Source of the DNA: Candidatus Moraniibacteriota bacterium
GTDB taxonomy: Bacteria > Patescibacteriota > Minisyncoccia > Moranbacterales > UBA2206
DNA length: 64,000 bases
NCBI GenBank assembly: GCA_049304095.1
Contig: JBAQNU010000004.1
Coordinates: 8,594-72,593 of the forward strand
Reading direction: 5' to 3'
Shown: in pieces, positions 35,789 to 45,880 of the stretch
Position numbering within the stretch: position 1 is the first letter of the stretch
How the letters are laid out: every line of letters starts with the position of its first letter
The notes under the pieces: generated by a model
Seen by the model: the letters and a program-made list of their open reading frames with translations, nothing else
The model's database searches: none
What the model was told of the DNA's origin: nothing
Program-made: the position numbers and the translations under genes

Positions 35789-37169
35789 TTACACCATAGA
35801 AGCAAAGCATCAAAAAATCATCATTTTTTTGACGATGTTCTTTTTCTTGGCCTGGAAATTCACGAGTCTCACTTTTCGTTTTGGCGACAGCAACGCCTAT
35901 TTCTATATGGCTGACCAATTTTCGAAAGGTATACTCCCCTATCGCGACTATTTCTTGGCTGACCCTCCAGTTATGATTATGTTTTTGGGCAGTCTAAAAT
36001 TATTCATAGGGAAAAACATTATCCTGCTCCAAGCCGTTCCGTTTCTCTTGGAAGTTGCCAGCGCCGGATTGCTCTATTTGATTTTAAAAAAAGAGAAAAA
36101 CCCACTCGCTTTTCTGGCGCCTCTTTTCTATCTATTTTCTTTTTCCGTCCTCGCCACTTCCGATTTTCTCACTGGCGTTCAATTGGTCAATCTTTTTTCG
36201 CTTAGTGCTTTCTACTTCTATCAAAAAACTCAGCTTAAGACTTCCGGCTTCTTTTGGGGCTTGGCAATCCTCACCAAACTCTATGCACTTTTTTTACTTT
36301 TGGGCTTTCTTTTTTTTCTACTCAGTCAAAAAAAATTCAGGGCTATTTTTTCTCTGTGCCTTGGTGCAGTTTTCGCCGCCCTTCTTTTTCTCTTTCCTTT
36401 TCTAATTCTGGCACCACGAGAAACTTTTGACTATTTGATTTTGCATCATTTCAATCGTCCGGGAGGTGGAAATCGCTCGGCTGTTTTTTTCTTTTTTTTC
36501 CAAAAAGAATGGCTTTTGCTTTTGCTAGCTATCGCTGGACTAGTGCACAGCAAAAAATGGTCGCTGGGTTTGCCACTCGCTACTTTTTTTGTTTTTCTGC
36601 TTTTCTTCCAAGATCTCTACTATACCTATTTTGCTGCTCTATTGCCGTTTTCCATTCTTTTAGCAATTATCTTTCTCGCGTCAATCTTTGAAAGTCCGCG
36701 TTTTTCCAAATTCTTTTCCGCGCTAGTTTTTCTCTATTTGCTTTTTCTGCTCCTCGGCACTGGCAGCTATCAAGAAAACCATCTGCCCTTCGGTCAGTTT
36801 TCCAATACCCAAGAGATCGCCAACTATCTCTCTACGCAAGAAAAGCGACCCCTCTATGGTTCGCACGAAGTCGCTCCGCTTATTGCTCTTCTTTCGGGAA
36901 ATAATTTGCTAGAAAACTACATCGACACCAATCCGCAAACTTTTGGCTCAGGGGCAAATAATAAAGAAGGGATTAGTCAGCAAGTGCTGGAAAAAAACGC
37001 CTACCTGATTGCCCGCATCGCTAGAAGACCGGAATATGGCCCCGAAGACATCGGCACGGAAGGTTATTTTTCCGAAAATTTATTTCGAACTAACTGTCAC
37101 GAACTAAAAACCTTTCCCAGTCCGTCAAAAGAATGGGACAATTTGATCATCATCTACGTTTGCTCTTAA
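35775..37169 (+). CDS. GT-C-like polytopic membrane protein
   Basis: More than 10 TM helices. The internal ATG at 35775 is used as the start (14-nt overlap with the MGMT-like gene). Hydrophilic C-terminus. Confidence 0.5.
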   Translation: MKIFSYTIEAKHQKIIIFLTMFFFLAWKFTSLTFRFGDSNAYFYMADQFSKGILPYRDYFLADPPVMIMFLGSLKLFIGKNIILLQAVPFLLEVASAGLLYLILKKEKNPLAFLAPLFYLFSFSVLATSDFLTGVQLVNLFSLSAFYFYQKTQLKTSGFFWGLAILTKLYALFLLLGFLFFLLSQKKFRAIFSLCLGAVFAALLFLFPFLILAPRETFDYLILHHFNRPGGGNRSAVFFFFFQKEWLLLLLAIAGLVHSKKWSLGLPLATFFVFLLFFQDLYYTYFAALLPFSILLAIIFLASIFESPRFSKFFSALVFLYLLFLLLGTGSYQENHLPFGQFSNTQEIANYLSTQEKRPLYGSHEVAPLIALLSGNNLLENYIDTNPQTFGSGANNKEGISQQVLEKNAYLIARIARRPEYGPEDIGTEGYFSENLFRTNCHELKTFPSPSKEWDNLIIIYVCS

Positions 37170-37222
37170 ATAAAAGTGTCGCTATTTTCCAAATATTGCC
37201 ATAGTCAAAAAATAAATCACAA

Positions 37223-37265
37223 AAAAAGAGACTCTTACAATTCAGATTCTCTTTTTATCTTTTTT
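37223..37265. terminator. bidirectional intrinsic terminator between convergent genes
   Basis: aaaaagagactct-tacaattc-agattctcttttt. The 13-bp stem is flanked by A-run and T-run sequence. Confidence 0.55.
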
Positions 37266-37322
37266 GACATTTTAAAATTTAGATTTGATTTGAAATTTGA
37301 AATTTAGCCTTTGAATTTTTAT

Positions 37323-38990
37323 TTATACTCCACTCACTTCACCGGTATTTTCGGTGATGGTTTTTTTGGCCTTGAACATTTTTCTAGTTAGGGAATTTTT
37401 AAAACCCCAGTATTCTTCTAGCCCGAGAACGTGGCAGATTGCCAGGAATATGAGAATGCCAACTAATCCAGAAATGATTAGTTGAAAAAATACACCTAAA
37501 AATGTATCCATATCCACTAGACCAGCAACGATATATTTGGTCATTTGCAAACCCATGCCAGAAAAGATTGCCGCAAGAGCAATCTGCCCAATTGATTTCA
37601 CAATCTTTTTATCACCTAAATCATCAAACTTGGAGCGCAGGGCAAAAAACAAAAGTAGCATTTGAACAATGCTAGTGAGAGAAAAAGCCATCGCCAGACC
37701 TTGAATTTCATACCTACCAATCAAAAACAAAACAGCGGCAATATTGATTATTTCACTAAAGATAGCGATATAGAAAGGCGTCTTGGTGTTGTGGATGGCA
37801 TAGAAAGAACGCGTGAGCAAAGGAACAACACTTTGAGCAAAAAGACTAAGCGTGAACCATTTCAAACATTCGTAGGTTAGGATTGTGTCCTCCCAGTCAA
37901 ACTTTCCCGCTCCCAACGTTACACGAACAATCTGTGCTCGCAAAAGCAAAATGAAAATGCTAAGCGGAATGACAAAAAACATGATCTGGCAAAACGTCTC
38001 GGCAAAAGTTTTAGCAAAACCCTGTCTTTTTTCCGTCGCCCAAAAAGCAGACAGTGTGGGAAAGGCAGCAATGGAAAATGAAACACCAAAAATTCCCAGT
38101 GGCACGCTTTGCAAATTTTGAGCAAAGTTGAAAATAGCTAAACTTCCAGCAGCTAGCGTTGAAGCAAAAATTGTAATTATGAAAAGGTTTGCTTGGGACA
38201 CAGCGATTCCCAACGTGCGCGGAATCATCAGTTTCAGGATATGCCGGATATCTTTATTGAAAAAATATTTACGAATAGCAAAGCTATGCCTAAAGCCAAG
38301 ATTTCTCGCCGCAGGATATTGCACAAGCATGTGCAAAAATGCACCAAAAACCACGCCCCAAGCCAGGCCAATCGGACCCCAAAATTTTACAAAAAAAATG
38401 ACACCAAAAATAATGCCTAAATTATAGAAAATAGGGGCAAAAGAATAGACCAAAAAGCGCTTAAAAGACGTCAGTATCCCCCCAAAAATGCCACTGATTC
38501 CCAAAAATACCGGACTAAGAAACATTATCCGCGTGAACATTACGACTTGCGCCATTTTTTCCGCCGGAAAACCTGGCGTGATTATTTTCATGAGATAGGG
38601 AGCGAAAAAACAAAAAATCAAAGAAAGTGCAATCACGAAAGTCAACGCCAAATTCATCACACCATTGGCCGCTTCCCAAGCTTCCTTGTCTTTTTTTTGA
38701 CTAATGAGCCCCGTAAAAACTGGAATGAACGCGGCACTGAGCGCACCCAGAATGAGAATGTTATAGATTAAATCCGGAACACGAAAAGCGGCATAATAGA
38801 TATCAAGCGTGTCTCCAGCGCCAAAAGACGCCGCTAAAAAACGATCGCGAATCAGTCCGAGAATTCGGCTCGCCAAACCAGCAATGGTGATTATGAATGC
38901 AGCGGAAATAATGGAGTTTGATGGACTTGAATCCAAAAGCAATTTATTGCTAAATAGTTTTTTAATCATAGTGTTATTGATTTTTTCCAA
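37323..38990 (-). CDS. murJ: lipid II flippase MurJ (MviN)
   Basis: 555 aa with 14 TM helices and the N-terminal GLIRDRFLAASFGAGDTLDIYYAAFRVPDL signature of MurJ. Confidence 0.85.
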   Translation of the reverse strand: MEKINNTMIKKLFSNKLLLDSSPSNSIISAAFIITIAGLASRILGLIRDRFLAASFGAGDTLDIYYAAFRVPDLIYNILILGALSAAFIPVFTGLISQKKDKEAWEAANGVMNLALTFVIALSLIFCFFAPYLMKIITPGFPAEKMAQVVMFTRIMFLSPVFLGISGIFGGILTSFKRFLVYSFAPIFYNLGIIFGVIFFVKFWGPIGLAWGVVFGAFLHMLVQYPAARNLGFRHSFAIRKYFFNKDIRHILKLMIPRTLGIAVSQANLFIITIFASTLAAGSLAIFNFAQNLQSVPLGIFGVSFSIAAFPTLSAFWATEKRQGFAKTFAETFCQIMFFVIPLSIFILLLRAQIVRVTLGAGKFDWEDTILTYECLKWFTLSLFAQSVVPLLTRSFYAIHNTKTPFYIAIFSEIINIAAVLFLIGRYEIQGLAMAFSLTSIVQMLLLFFALRSKFDDLGDKKIVKSIGQIALAAIFSGMGLQMTKYIVAGLVDMDTFLGVFFQLIISGLVGILIFLAICHVLGLEEYWGFKNSLTRKMFKAKKTITENTGEVSGV

Positions 38991-41553
38991 ACGCTACGCC
39001 AATAAATTTATCCGTATTGAGCCTATCTTCCCATTTAATCCCCTCTGAGCTAGCTATATTTTCAGGATATTGCCAAATAATTTTATAACTCTCCGGATAG
39101 GTCACAACGGAAGAAATGGCACTGCCCAGACTGCCGGATTGTTTTTGAAAAAGGATTGAATAGGCATCAGCTGGATTGGCCGTGAGATTAGTGTCTAGCT
39201 TGAATGGCAATAGATAGGAATAGGTAATTGTCGTGGACTCTTGCGGACTGACATAGACCCAGTTGGCAAAAACCGTTTTTCCTGAGTCTTCATAGATCTT
39301 TGTTCCGCTCGCACTATCAATCTCAGCTGAATCATCTTCCATGCCAACTTGCGGGTCATGCTTGAAACCAAGTGATTGATAATCCAGTGGCGGAGAATTA
39401 AATTCTTTGGTTTGACCAGAAACACTAATCAGCTTTGCCCCTTTAGGCACATAGACGCGCATATAGTCAGCGTTCACCTTATTCCACCAATCATAGGGCG
39501 TATTACCTCCATTATGATGCCTGGTTATGGCTACGGTGTCAATAATCGAACCATCCGATTGAATCTGGGCTTTATGCGAGATAGTCTCATCAATCACGCC
39601 GTCTGTTTTGTAGCCATTAATATTGGTGTTAATCACCGATAAATAGTCTTTTCGTGTGTCCAAAACCTCTCCCGACCAACCGTTTTCGGAAATGATTTTT
39701 TCAATCGCATAATTCTTCGAATAAATCAAAATCTGCTTTTCATTGAGGCTAGTGAGAAGCACATCCATCGTTTTTGTCAGGTCAGTAATGCCCCGCGCAT
39801 TAAAAATACGATCGAGAATCAGCGGAGCCAAATCAGCCAAAACTTTCTTGGGTTGATTCAACTCCTTGTCATAATTCACTTCCACTTCCGTTTGAATATT
39901 TTCCAAAAAATTATCTTTGTCAATCGTCAAGTTGTATTCCGGCATTTCAATCGGACCAGTAATTTCCAAGAGTTTTTGCATCACAGTTGGCGTCATCGTG
40001 ATCACACCATCCACTGTTGGGCCACCAGTTTTTTCATAGAACCAAGAAGCTTTTTCAGCCGAAGTGGGAAAATCAGGAAACCAATTGCTGTCATGTAAAC
40101 TCCAAGTGGCGCTGATTTTTTGAATCGGAGCAGGCGGAATAATTTTTTCTCGCAGTTGTCCATCGGGATTAAAAATGCCATCCACAAAGAAATTTTTAAT
40201 GTTGCCATTGAAGATATCCAAAACGGCGTAGGTACCAATAAATCCCCCTGTCGCTCGCATCTCTTGGTTATTTTGAAATAAAAACAAATATTTTCGCGGA
40301 CCATTTCCCCCAAAAACATCAGTGAGAATTTTTTCTTCTTCTGAAAAGCCAGTCATAAATTGATTAATTTCGGGCAATTTTTGCTTGAGGTCGGCAAAGC
40401 GCGACCGCTCATTTTCCGGAATATCCTCCAGATTAATCTTGTCTAAATTATCCTCCAAGTCATTCAAAGCCAGCGAAATTTCTTCAATGTTTTTATTGGA
40501 GTCTTCAAAAATTTTCAAAAAAGAAATTGATTCGCCCTCTTTTAGCGGATTTTTGATTTGATTGAGGATGGAAAGTGTATCACTGGCCAACTCTCCAATT
40601 CTCGAGATGTCCTTGCCAGCTTCAGCCAGATGGGACCCAGTAGAAAGCTTCGAAAGATAGGGCACAAAACGAGAAGCTTCGACAAGAATTTTTCCTAGAC
40701 CATCGACATTTTCCTGGATAGCGCTGAAACGCTCATAAGCCTCATCAAAACTGAGCGAAGCTTTTTCGAAATTACGACTCTTGATTTCGTCTTTCGCTTG
40801 CGTCAGGTTGGCATAGGCCAACTTGCCGTTTTCAATCGCTAACCCCCGCACATTCAAACTGCGATAGAAAAAGCTGACACCGAAAATGAGCAAAAATATC
40901 GCGGCAGTATAGGCAAAAAAAGCAAAAGAATAGTGTTTGCGATCTTTTTTTTCAAAATAGCGATAGCTTTTTTGCGCTTTGAGCTTTTTTCCAAAATTCA
41001 AAATTAGCGCCAATCTTTCCTGCAATTCTTTTTGTCTATTCTCCCAAAAAACCGCTCGGCGTCTTTTGCGTTCAACTCTTTTGGCTTTTTTCTCCAGTTT
41101 TTTGCGTTCCTTGGCGCTGCGCCTCTTCTCCAATTGCTCTCGTTGTTTTTCTTGCAAAAGAAACGCTGTCCGACTGCGCACTTCTCGTTCCTTTTGCCGT
41201 TCTTCTCGCGCTCTATTTTTTTGAGCTAAAAGCTTGTCATTAGCTTCCTTTTCTCGACTAGCCGTTTCTTTCCAAAGCAGTGCTTTTTGAAAATCTTCCC
41301 AATCGCGTCGACTTTTTTCCGCTTGAATAAAACTTTGAAAGCGCCTTTTTTCATCTTCCACAGGATCAGCTTGACGCACGTCGTGCAACGTGCAACAACC
41401 CAGATTCTTTTTTATTTTCGGAACAAATCGAGCAGTACTCCTAGCAGCAGTTCTAATACTTTTTATTTTTTCCAAATCCAACTGACCGTGTGCATCCACC
41501 GGTCTAACATCAAACATCTGAGGCAAAATTTTATTCTTCACGTTCTTTGCCAT
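38974..41553 (-). CDS. DUF4012-like large bitopic envelope protein with ~190-aa K/R/E-rich N-terminal cytoplasmic extension
   Basis: Charged coiled-coil N-terminus, a single TM, then a 640-aa extracytoplasmic domain (NNQEMRATGGFIGTYAV). Confidence 0.6.
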   Translation of the reverse strand: MAKNVKNKILPQMFDVRPVDAHGQLDLEKIKSIRTAARSTARFVPKIKKNLGCCTLHDVRQADPVEDEKRRFQSFIQAEKSRRDWEDFQKALLWKETASREKEANDKLLAQKNRAREERQKEREVRSRTAFLLQEKQREQLEKRRSAKERKKLEKKAKRVERKRRRAVFWENRQKELQERLALILNFGKKLKAQKSYRYFEKKDRKHYSFAFFAYTAAIFLLIFGVSFFYRSLNVRGLAIENGKLAYANLTQAKDEIKSRNFEKASLSFDEAYERFSAIQENVDGLGKILVEASRFVPYLSKLSTGSHLAEAGKDISRIGELASDTLSILNQIKNPLKEGESISFLKIFEDSNKNIEEISLALNDLEDNLDKINLEDIPENERSRFADLKQKLPEINQFMTGFSEEEKILTDVFGGNGPRKYLFLFQNNQEMRATGGFIGTYAVLDIFNGNIKNFFVDGIFNPDGQLREKIIPPAPIQKISATWSLHDSNWFPDFPTSAEKASWFYEKTGGPTVDGVITMTPTVMQKLLEITGPIEMPEYNLTIDKDNFLENIQTEVEVNYDKELNQPKKVLADLAPLILDRIFNARGITDLTKTMDVLLTSLNEKQILIYSKNYAIEKIISENGWSGEVLDTRKDYLSVINTNINGYKTDGVIDETISHKAQIQSDGSIIDTVAITRHHNGGNTPYDWWNKVNADYMRVYVPKGAKLISVSGQTKEFNSPPLDYQSLGFKHDPQVGMEDDSAEIDSASGTKIYEDSGKTVFANWVYVSPQESTTITYSYLLPFKLDTNLTANPADAYSILFQKQSGSLGSAISSVVTYPESYKIIWQYPENIASSEGIKWEDRLNTDKFIGVAFGKNQ

Positions 41554-42685
41554 TTTTGTTTTCTAAACTATTTTCATAAACCTCCAATGTTTCTCGAGCC
41601 ATTTTTTTCCAACTATATTTTCGGATTTGCTGATAGCCTTTTTTAATTAAACTGGCACGTAATTTTTCATTTTCCAGCACTTCTTCGATTGCTGTAGCCA
41701 TCTTCTTCACCTCTTTTCCGACGAAAAAGTGTGCACTATCCCCCAAAATTTCTTGCATACAAGGATGATTAGAGGAAACGATCGGCACACCTTTGGCCAT
41801 TGCTTCCAGTGGTGGCAACCCAAAGCCTTCATAGAGTGAGGGGAAAACATAGGCGCAGGCGTGATGTTGCAAAATATCCAAATGATGATCCGGCACATAA
41901 CCGGGGAAAATAATTTTTTTGATTTTTCGTTCTGCCACGAGGGCTATCAAGCGCTGATAGAAATAGTCTTTTTTGCCCACCAGCACCAGAGATAGTTCTT
42001 TTTGTGTTTTTTTCAAGCCTTCAAAAGCCTCCACCAATCGTTCCAAATTTTTGTGCGGATAGGCGTTTCCCACATAAATGATATATGGTTTTATTATAGC
42101 ATAATCGGCCAAAATTTCCTCGTCCTTGTTGGGACTGAGCATGCAAAAATCTTCGCAAGCTTCATAGGTAACGACTATCTTATCCTTCGTGATTTCCTTG
42201 TAATTATCTAAAATGTCATTTTTAGTAAAATTGGAAACAGTAATAATTTTTTCCGAGCGCCTAATGGCAAAACTAATCACCCAACGATAAGCAAAAAACT
42301 TAAGCCGATAAAACAGCGGATGGAGTGTGCTGTTTTTGGTGGTGGGAAAATGAATCAAAATCAAATCATGCACGGTCACTAAAAATTTTCGACCATAGAA
42401 AAGTGGCACATTGAAATGAGGAAAATGCATTAAATCCAAGTCATATTTTCGTAAAAGTCGCGGAAAAAGCAGTTGCTCGGAAAAAGAATACCACGCATAA
42501 TGGGCTAAAACTTTTTGAAAATTCTTATTTTGTGGCACATAATCATCAAAATTTTCTTTTTTTAAAAAGATAAAATATTGATTGACTGTGTCGATTCGCT
42601 CCAAATTTTCGATCAATTTTTGCGTATAGCGCCCCAGTCCCTTGCCAATCGGACCAAAAAAACGCGCGTCAATGCCAATTTTCAT
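41531..42685 (-). CDS. GT4 glycosyltransferase
   Basis: MKIGIDARFF ... EGFGLPPLEAMAKGVPIV. Confidence 0.85.
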   Translation of the reverse strand: MKIGIDARFFGPIGKGLGRYTQKLIENLERIDTVNQYFIFLKKENFDDYVPQNKNFQKVLAHYAWYSFSEQLLFPRLLRKYDLDLMHFPHFNVPLFYGRKFLVTVHDLILIHFPTTKNSTLHPLFYRLKFFAYRWVISFAIRRSEKIITVSNFTKNDILDNYKEITKDKIVVTYEACEDFCMLSPNKDEEILADYAIIKPYIIYVGNAYPHKNLERLVEAFEGLKKTQKELSLVLVGKKDYFYQRLIALVAERKIKKIIFPGYVPDHHLDILQHHACAYVFPSLYEGFGLPPLEAMAKGVPIVSSNHPCMQEILGDSAHFFVGKEVKKMATAIEEVLENEKLRASLIKKGYQQIRKYSWKKMARETLEVYENSLENKNGKEREE

Positions 42686-42776
42686 AAAATTTTTCTACCC
42701 TGTCTACCGACAGACAGGCGAATTAGATACTAACAATGAACAGTTTTATTATATCACCTTTTATTAGAATAAAAAA

Positions 42777-43940
42777 CTAATTAGCCAGCAATTTGAGAGT
42801 TTTTTTAGCCGTTTTTTCCCAAGAAAATTGTTTGGCTCTTTCCAGCCCCACTGCGATTAATTTTTCACGTAACGCGCGATTTTCCAAAATTTGCTCCATC
42901 GCGCGAGCAATTTCTCCCGGCTGATCGGGATCAATAAGCATCCCCGCCTCAGCGCAAATTTCCGGCAATGATGAATTGTTTGAAGTGATTACCGGCACGC
43001 CACATTGCATTGCTTCTAGCGGTGGAAAACCAAAACCTTCAAAAAAAGATGGGTAGACAAATAGCGTTGCCAGATTATAGACATAGACTTTGTCCTCATT
43101 GGAAATAAAGCCTGGTAAAATAATCTTTTCTTTAAATTTAGAATTGGCAATTTCACGAAAAATCTCCCCGTCAAGCCAACCATTCGAACCGGCAATCACC
43201 AGCTTATATTTCAAAAGTTCCAAATTATTGCTTTTTTGGGCAAACTCTTGCAACTGCGAGTAGGCACGAACGAGTCCGCTGATATTTTTTCTTGGCTCAA
43301 TTGTGCCAAGATAAAGAATAAATTTAAATGGCAAATTATATTTTTCCTTAACTCTAATTAAATTTTCATCATTGCGATCAATGAAACGAAAATTAGCCGC
43401 AACGGCGCTATGAATCCAGACTGCTTTTTGTTCCTCTAGTCCATAGAAATTGACAACATCGCGCCAAGAAGATTGCGACACGGAGATTATTCGGTCCGCC
43501 CGTTCACACAGTTTTTTAGAATTAATAAATATATGCCAAAAACGCCGCTTCCAAGAAAAATACTCGGGATAACGTTCAAAAGATAGGTCGTGAATGGTGG
43601 CGAGCATTTTCACTTGCGCACTTACTGCGCCAAAAATAATATTAGGCAAGAAGACCACGTCCGCTCCCCCAACCAGTTTGTCAATTTTGGGCCAACTAAA
43701 ATACCAAAAAGAAAAATTCAAAAGTTTATTCGGCAAGCGAATTTTTTTCACCGTCACATTGGAATATTTTTCAAACATCCCAAAATCAAACGCCGGCTTT
43801 TTCCAGGAGTTAAAAAATAGCACATACTCGTTAGTGTGATCAATCTCAAAAATGTGCAAAAGCAATTCTTGAGTATATTCCTCCACGCCCGTTCTTCTTC
43901 CCTCCATTAGACACCGAACATCAATGCAGATTCTTGCCAT
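42777..43940 (-). CDS. GT4 glycosyltransferase
   Basis: EGFGFPPLEAMQCGVPVI C-terminal GT-B motif. Confidence 0.85.
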   Translation of the reverse strand: MARICIDVRCLMEGRRTGVEEYTQELLLHIFEIDHTNEYVLFFNSWKKPAFDFGMFEKYSNVTVKKIRLPNKLLNFSFWYFSWPKIDKLVGGADVVFLPNIIFGAVSAQVKMLATIHDLSFERYPEYFSWKRRFWHIFINSKKLCERADRIISVSQSSWRDVVNFYGLEEQKAVWIHSAVAANFRFIDRNDENLIRVKEKYNLPFKFILYLGTIEPRKNISGLVRAYSQLQEFAQKSNNLELLKYKLVIAGSNGWLDGEIFREIANSKFKEKIILPGFISNEDKVYVYNLATLFVYPSFFEGFGFPPLEAMQCGVPVITSNNSSLPEICAEAGMLIDPDQPGEIARAMEQILENRALREKLIAVGLERAKQFSWEKTAKKTLKLLAN

Positions 43941-43951
43941 AGACTTTTAGC

Positions 43952-44554
43952 TCACTCGAGATAATGCTTAAAAAGAATTCCAAAAAAAGCCAGGAAAATA
44001 GCAGAGCAAAAAATAACTACCACTGCGACAGGATTAACCTCTCTCACCCTAGTTACTGAATCACCAGAAACAATTTCAAACCACGTCGCCTCTTTTTGAT
44101 CTTGGTTAAGTTTTGCAATATTTTGAGAAATCACCTTGGAAACTGAACTAGCAAGACTTTTGGCCAAAGCTTCACTGGGAACAGAAAAACTGACCGCCAC
44201 TAGCTGTGCTGATCTTTTCTCTGCCACAATACTGCTCATCAATTTTTTCAGACTATAGTCAGAAACATCGATTCCGGAATTGACATAGATATCTTCTTCT
44301 GTTCTTGGGCTTTTGAGCCATTCCACAATTGTTTCAGCGAATTTTTCATCCGCTTGCAAACGATAGAAATCATCATATTCATAGTTATCCGAAACTTGCG
44401 CGCCCGAACGGGTAATATTCAATGTGAGCGAGGTGTCAAAAGAAACAGGACGAAAAAACACATAGACCAATCCAGTAACGACAATCAATCCAAAAATTGC
44501 AAGAAATAATTTGAACTGTTTTTTGATGATTAGAAAATATTCTTTCAGTTCCAT
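43952..44554 (-). CDS. Wzz-like polysaccharide co-polymerase / chain-length determinant (bitopic)
   Basis: N-terminal TM, periplasmic domain and C-terminal TM, in an EPS operon. Start placed at MELKEY because the track ATG lies inside repeat copy 4. Confidence 0.45.
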   Translation of the reverse strand: MELKEYFLIIKKQFKLFLAIFGLIVVTGLVYVFFRPVSFDTSLTLNITRSGAQVSDNYEYDDFYRLQADEKFAETIVEWLKSPRTEEDIYVNSGIDVSDYSLKKLMSSIVAEKRSAQLVAVSFSVPSEALAKSLASSVSKVISQNIAKLNQDQKEATWFEIVSGDSVTRVREVNPVAVVVIFCSAIFLAFFGILFKHYLE

Positions 44555-44567
44555 AGTTTTTTTATTA

Positions 44568-44746
44568 TAGGAGTTACGCATTTCACCTCACAGCCATATT
44601 GACTAAAAAAATAACTCGAACGCTCTTTTTTCTTTTCAAAACTTTCCCTCACTCGACGGCATCCAATGGAAAGTTTTGAAGAAAAAAGGCATTCTCAAAC
44701 AGGATTTTTTTAGCCAATACGGCTGATTCGGATAAATGCGTAAGTC
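44568..44746 (+). repeat. MITE-like structured intergenic repeat, copy 4
   Basis: Same element. Sits intra-operonic between a GT4 gene and the Wzz-like gene. Confidence 0.9.
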
Positions 44747-44754
44747 GTGTGCTA

Positions 44755-45879
44755 CTAATTAATTTGGCATGCTCGCGCTTCCAGATGTTTATTTAATTCT
44801 TCTTCAATATATTTTTTAACTTTCTCTTTGAAAAAAATCTTATCAAATTTTCGCACACTTTCCCTGATATAATCTGGGTCATAATCGGCACTGCGGAATT
44901 TCTTGACCGCAGAAATTATATCCTCGGCAGTTTGTTTATCGAAAAAAATACCAGATTTCCCCTCTTCCATATGTTCCAAGATGTCCCCGCCTCGATAAGC
45001 AATAAGTGGCCGACCTGAGGCCATTGCTTCAATCGCCACGATACCAAAATCCTCCTCCTGGGGAAAAACAAAAGCTTGACAATTGGCATAATACTGCGCC
45101 AATTTTTCTTCTGGAACACGTCCTAAAAATTCGATATTTGGCTTGGCCATTTTTTTAAGCCTATTCAGTTCTGGTCCGCGACCGATAATTTTGAGTGGCA
45201 ATCCCAATTGATTAAAAGCTTGGATGGCGATATCAAAACGCTTATAGGCAATCACACGCCCAACCATTAAAAAATAATTCTGACTCTTGTCTCCGCTGGC
45301 AATGTGAAAATTGTCGATATTCACCGGCGGATGGATAACCAAACTGTCTTTTCGATAATATTTTTGGATTCTTCTGGCGACAAATTTGGAATTAGCAATT
45401 ATCTTGTCCACTCTTTCCGCACTAATCTTATCCCAGATGCGGATATAGTTCATGAAAAAAGGCACCAGCTTTTTGACAAAATGTGGAAAATAGAAATCAC
45501 TAGTATATTTTTGACAATCATCCCAAGCATAACGCATTGGGGTGTGAATATAGCTGACGTGCAGTGTTTCCGGTCCGGTGATGATCCCCTTGGCATAGCT
45601 TGAAGAGTCAGAAAGCACAATGTCATAGGCGGAAAAATCAAACTGCTCAATCGCCGCCGGCATCAATTGCGGAAAAATACGATGACGATTTTTGACAAAT
45701 GGTAAGCGTTGCAAAAAAGACGTGCGGATATCTTTGCCAGCAAAAACTCCGTGCATTAATTTTTCGTCGTAGACTAATGTATAGATGGGGGCATCAGGGA
45801 AAAGTTCGCAAAAACATTCCAACACTCTTTCCGCGCCACCATATTGAACCAGATAATCATGTACGAGAGCAATTTTCAT
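44755..45879 (-). CDS. GT4 glycosyltransferase
   Basis: MKIALVHDYLVQYGGAERV (GT4 N-terminus) and a C-terminal GT-B motif. Confidence 0.85.
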   Translation of the reverse strand: MKIALVHDYLVQYGGAERVLECFCELFPDAPIYTLVYDEKLMHGVFAGKDIRTSFLQRLPFVKNRHRIFPQLMPAAIEQFDFSAYDIVLSDSSSYAKGIITGPETLHVSYIHTPMRYAWDDCQKYTSDFYFPHFVKKLVPFFMNYIRIWDKISAERVDKIIANSKFVARRIQKYYRKDSLVIHPPVNIDNFHIASGDKSQNYFLMVGRVIAYKRFDIAIQAFNQLGLPLKIIGRGPELNRLKKMAKPNIEFLGRVPEEKLAQYYANCQAFVFPQEEDFGIVAIEAMASGRPLIAYRGGDILEHMEEGKSGIFFDKQTAEDIISAVKKFRSADYDPDYIRESVRKFDKIFFKEKVKKYIEEELNKHLEARACQIN

Positions 45880-45880
45880 A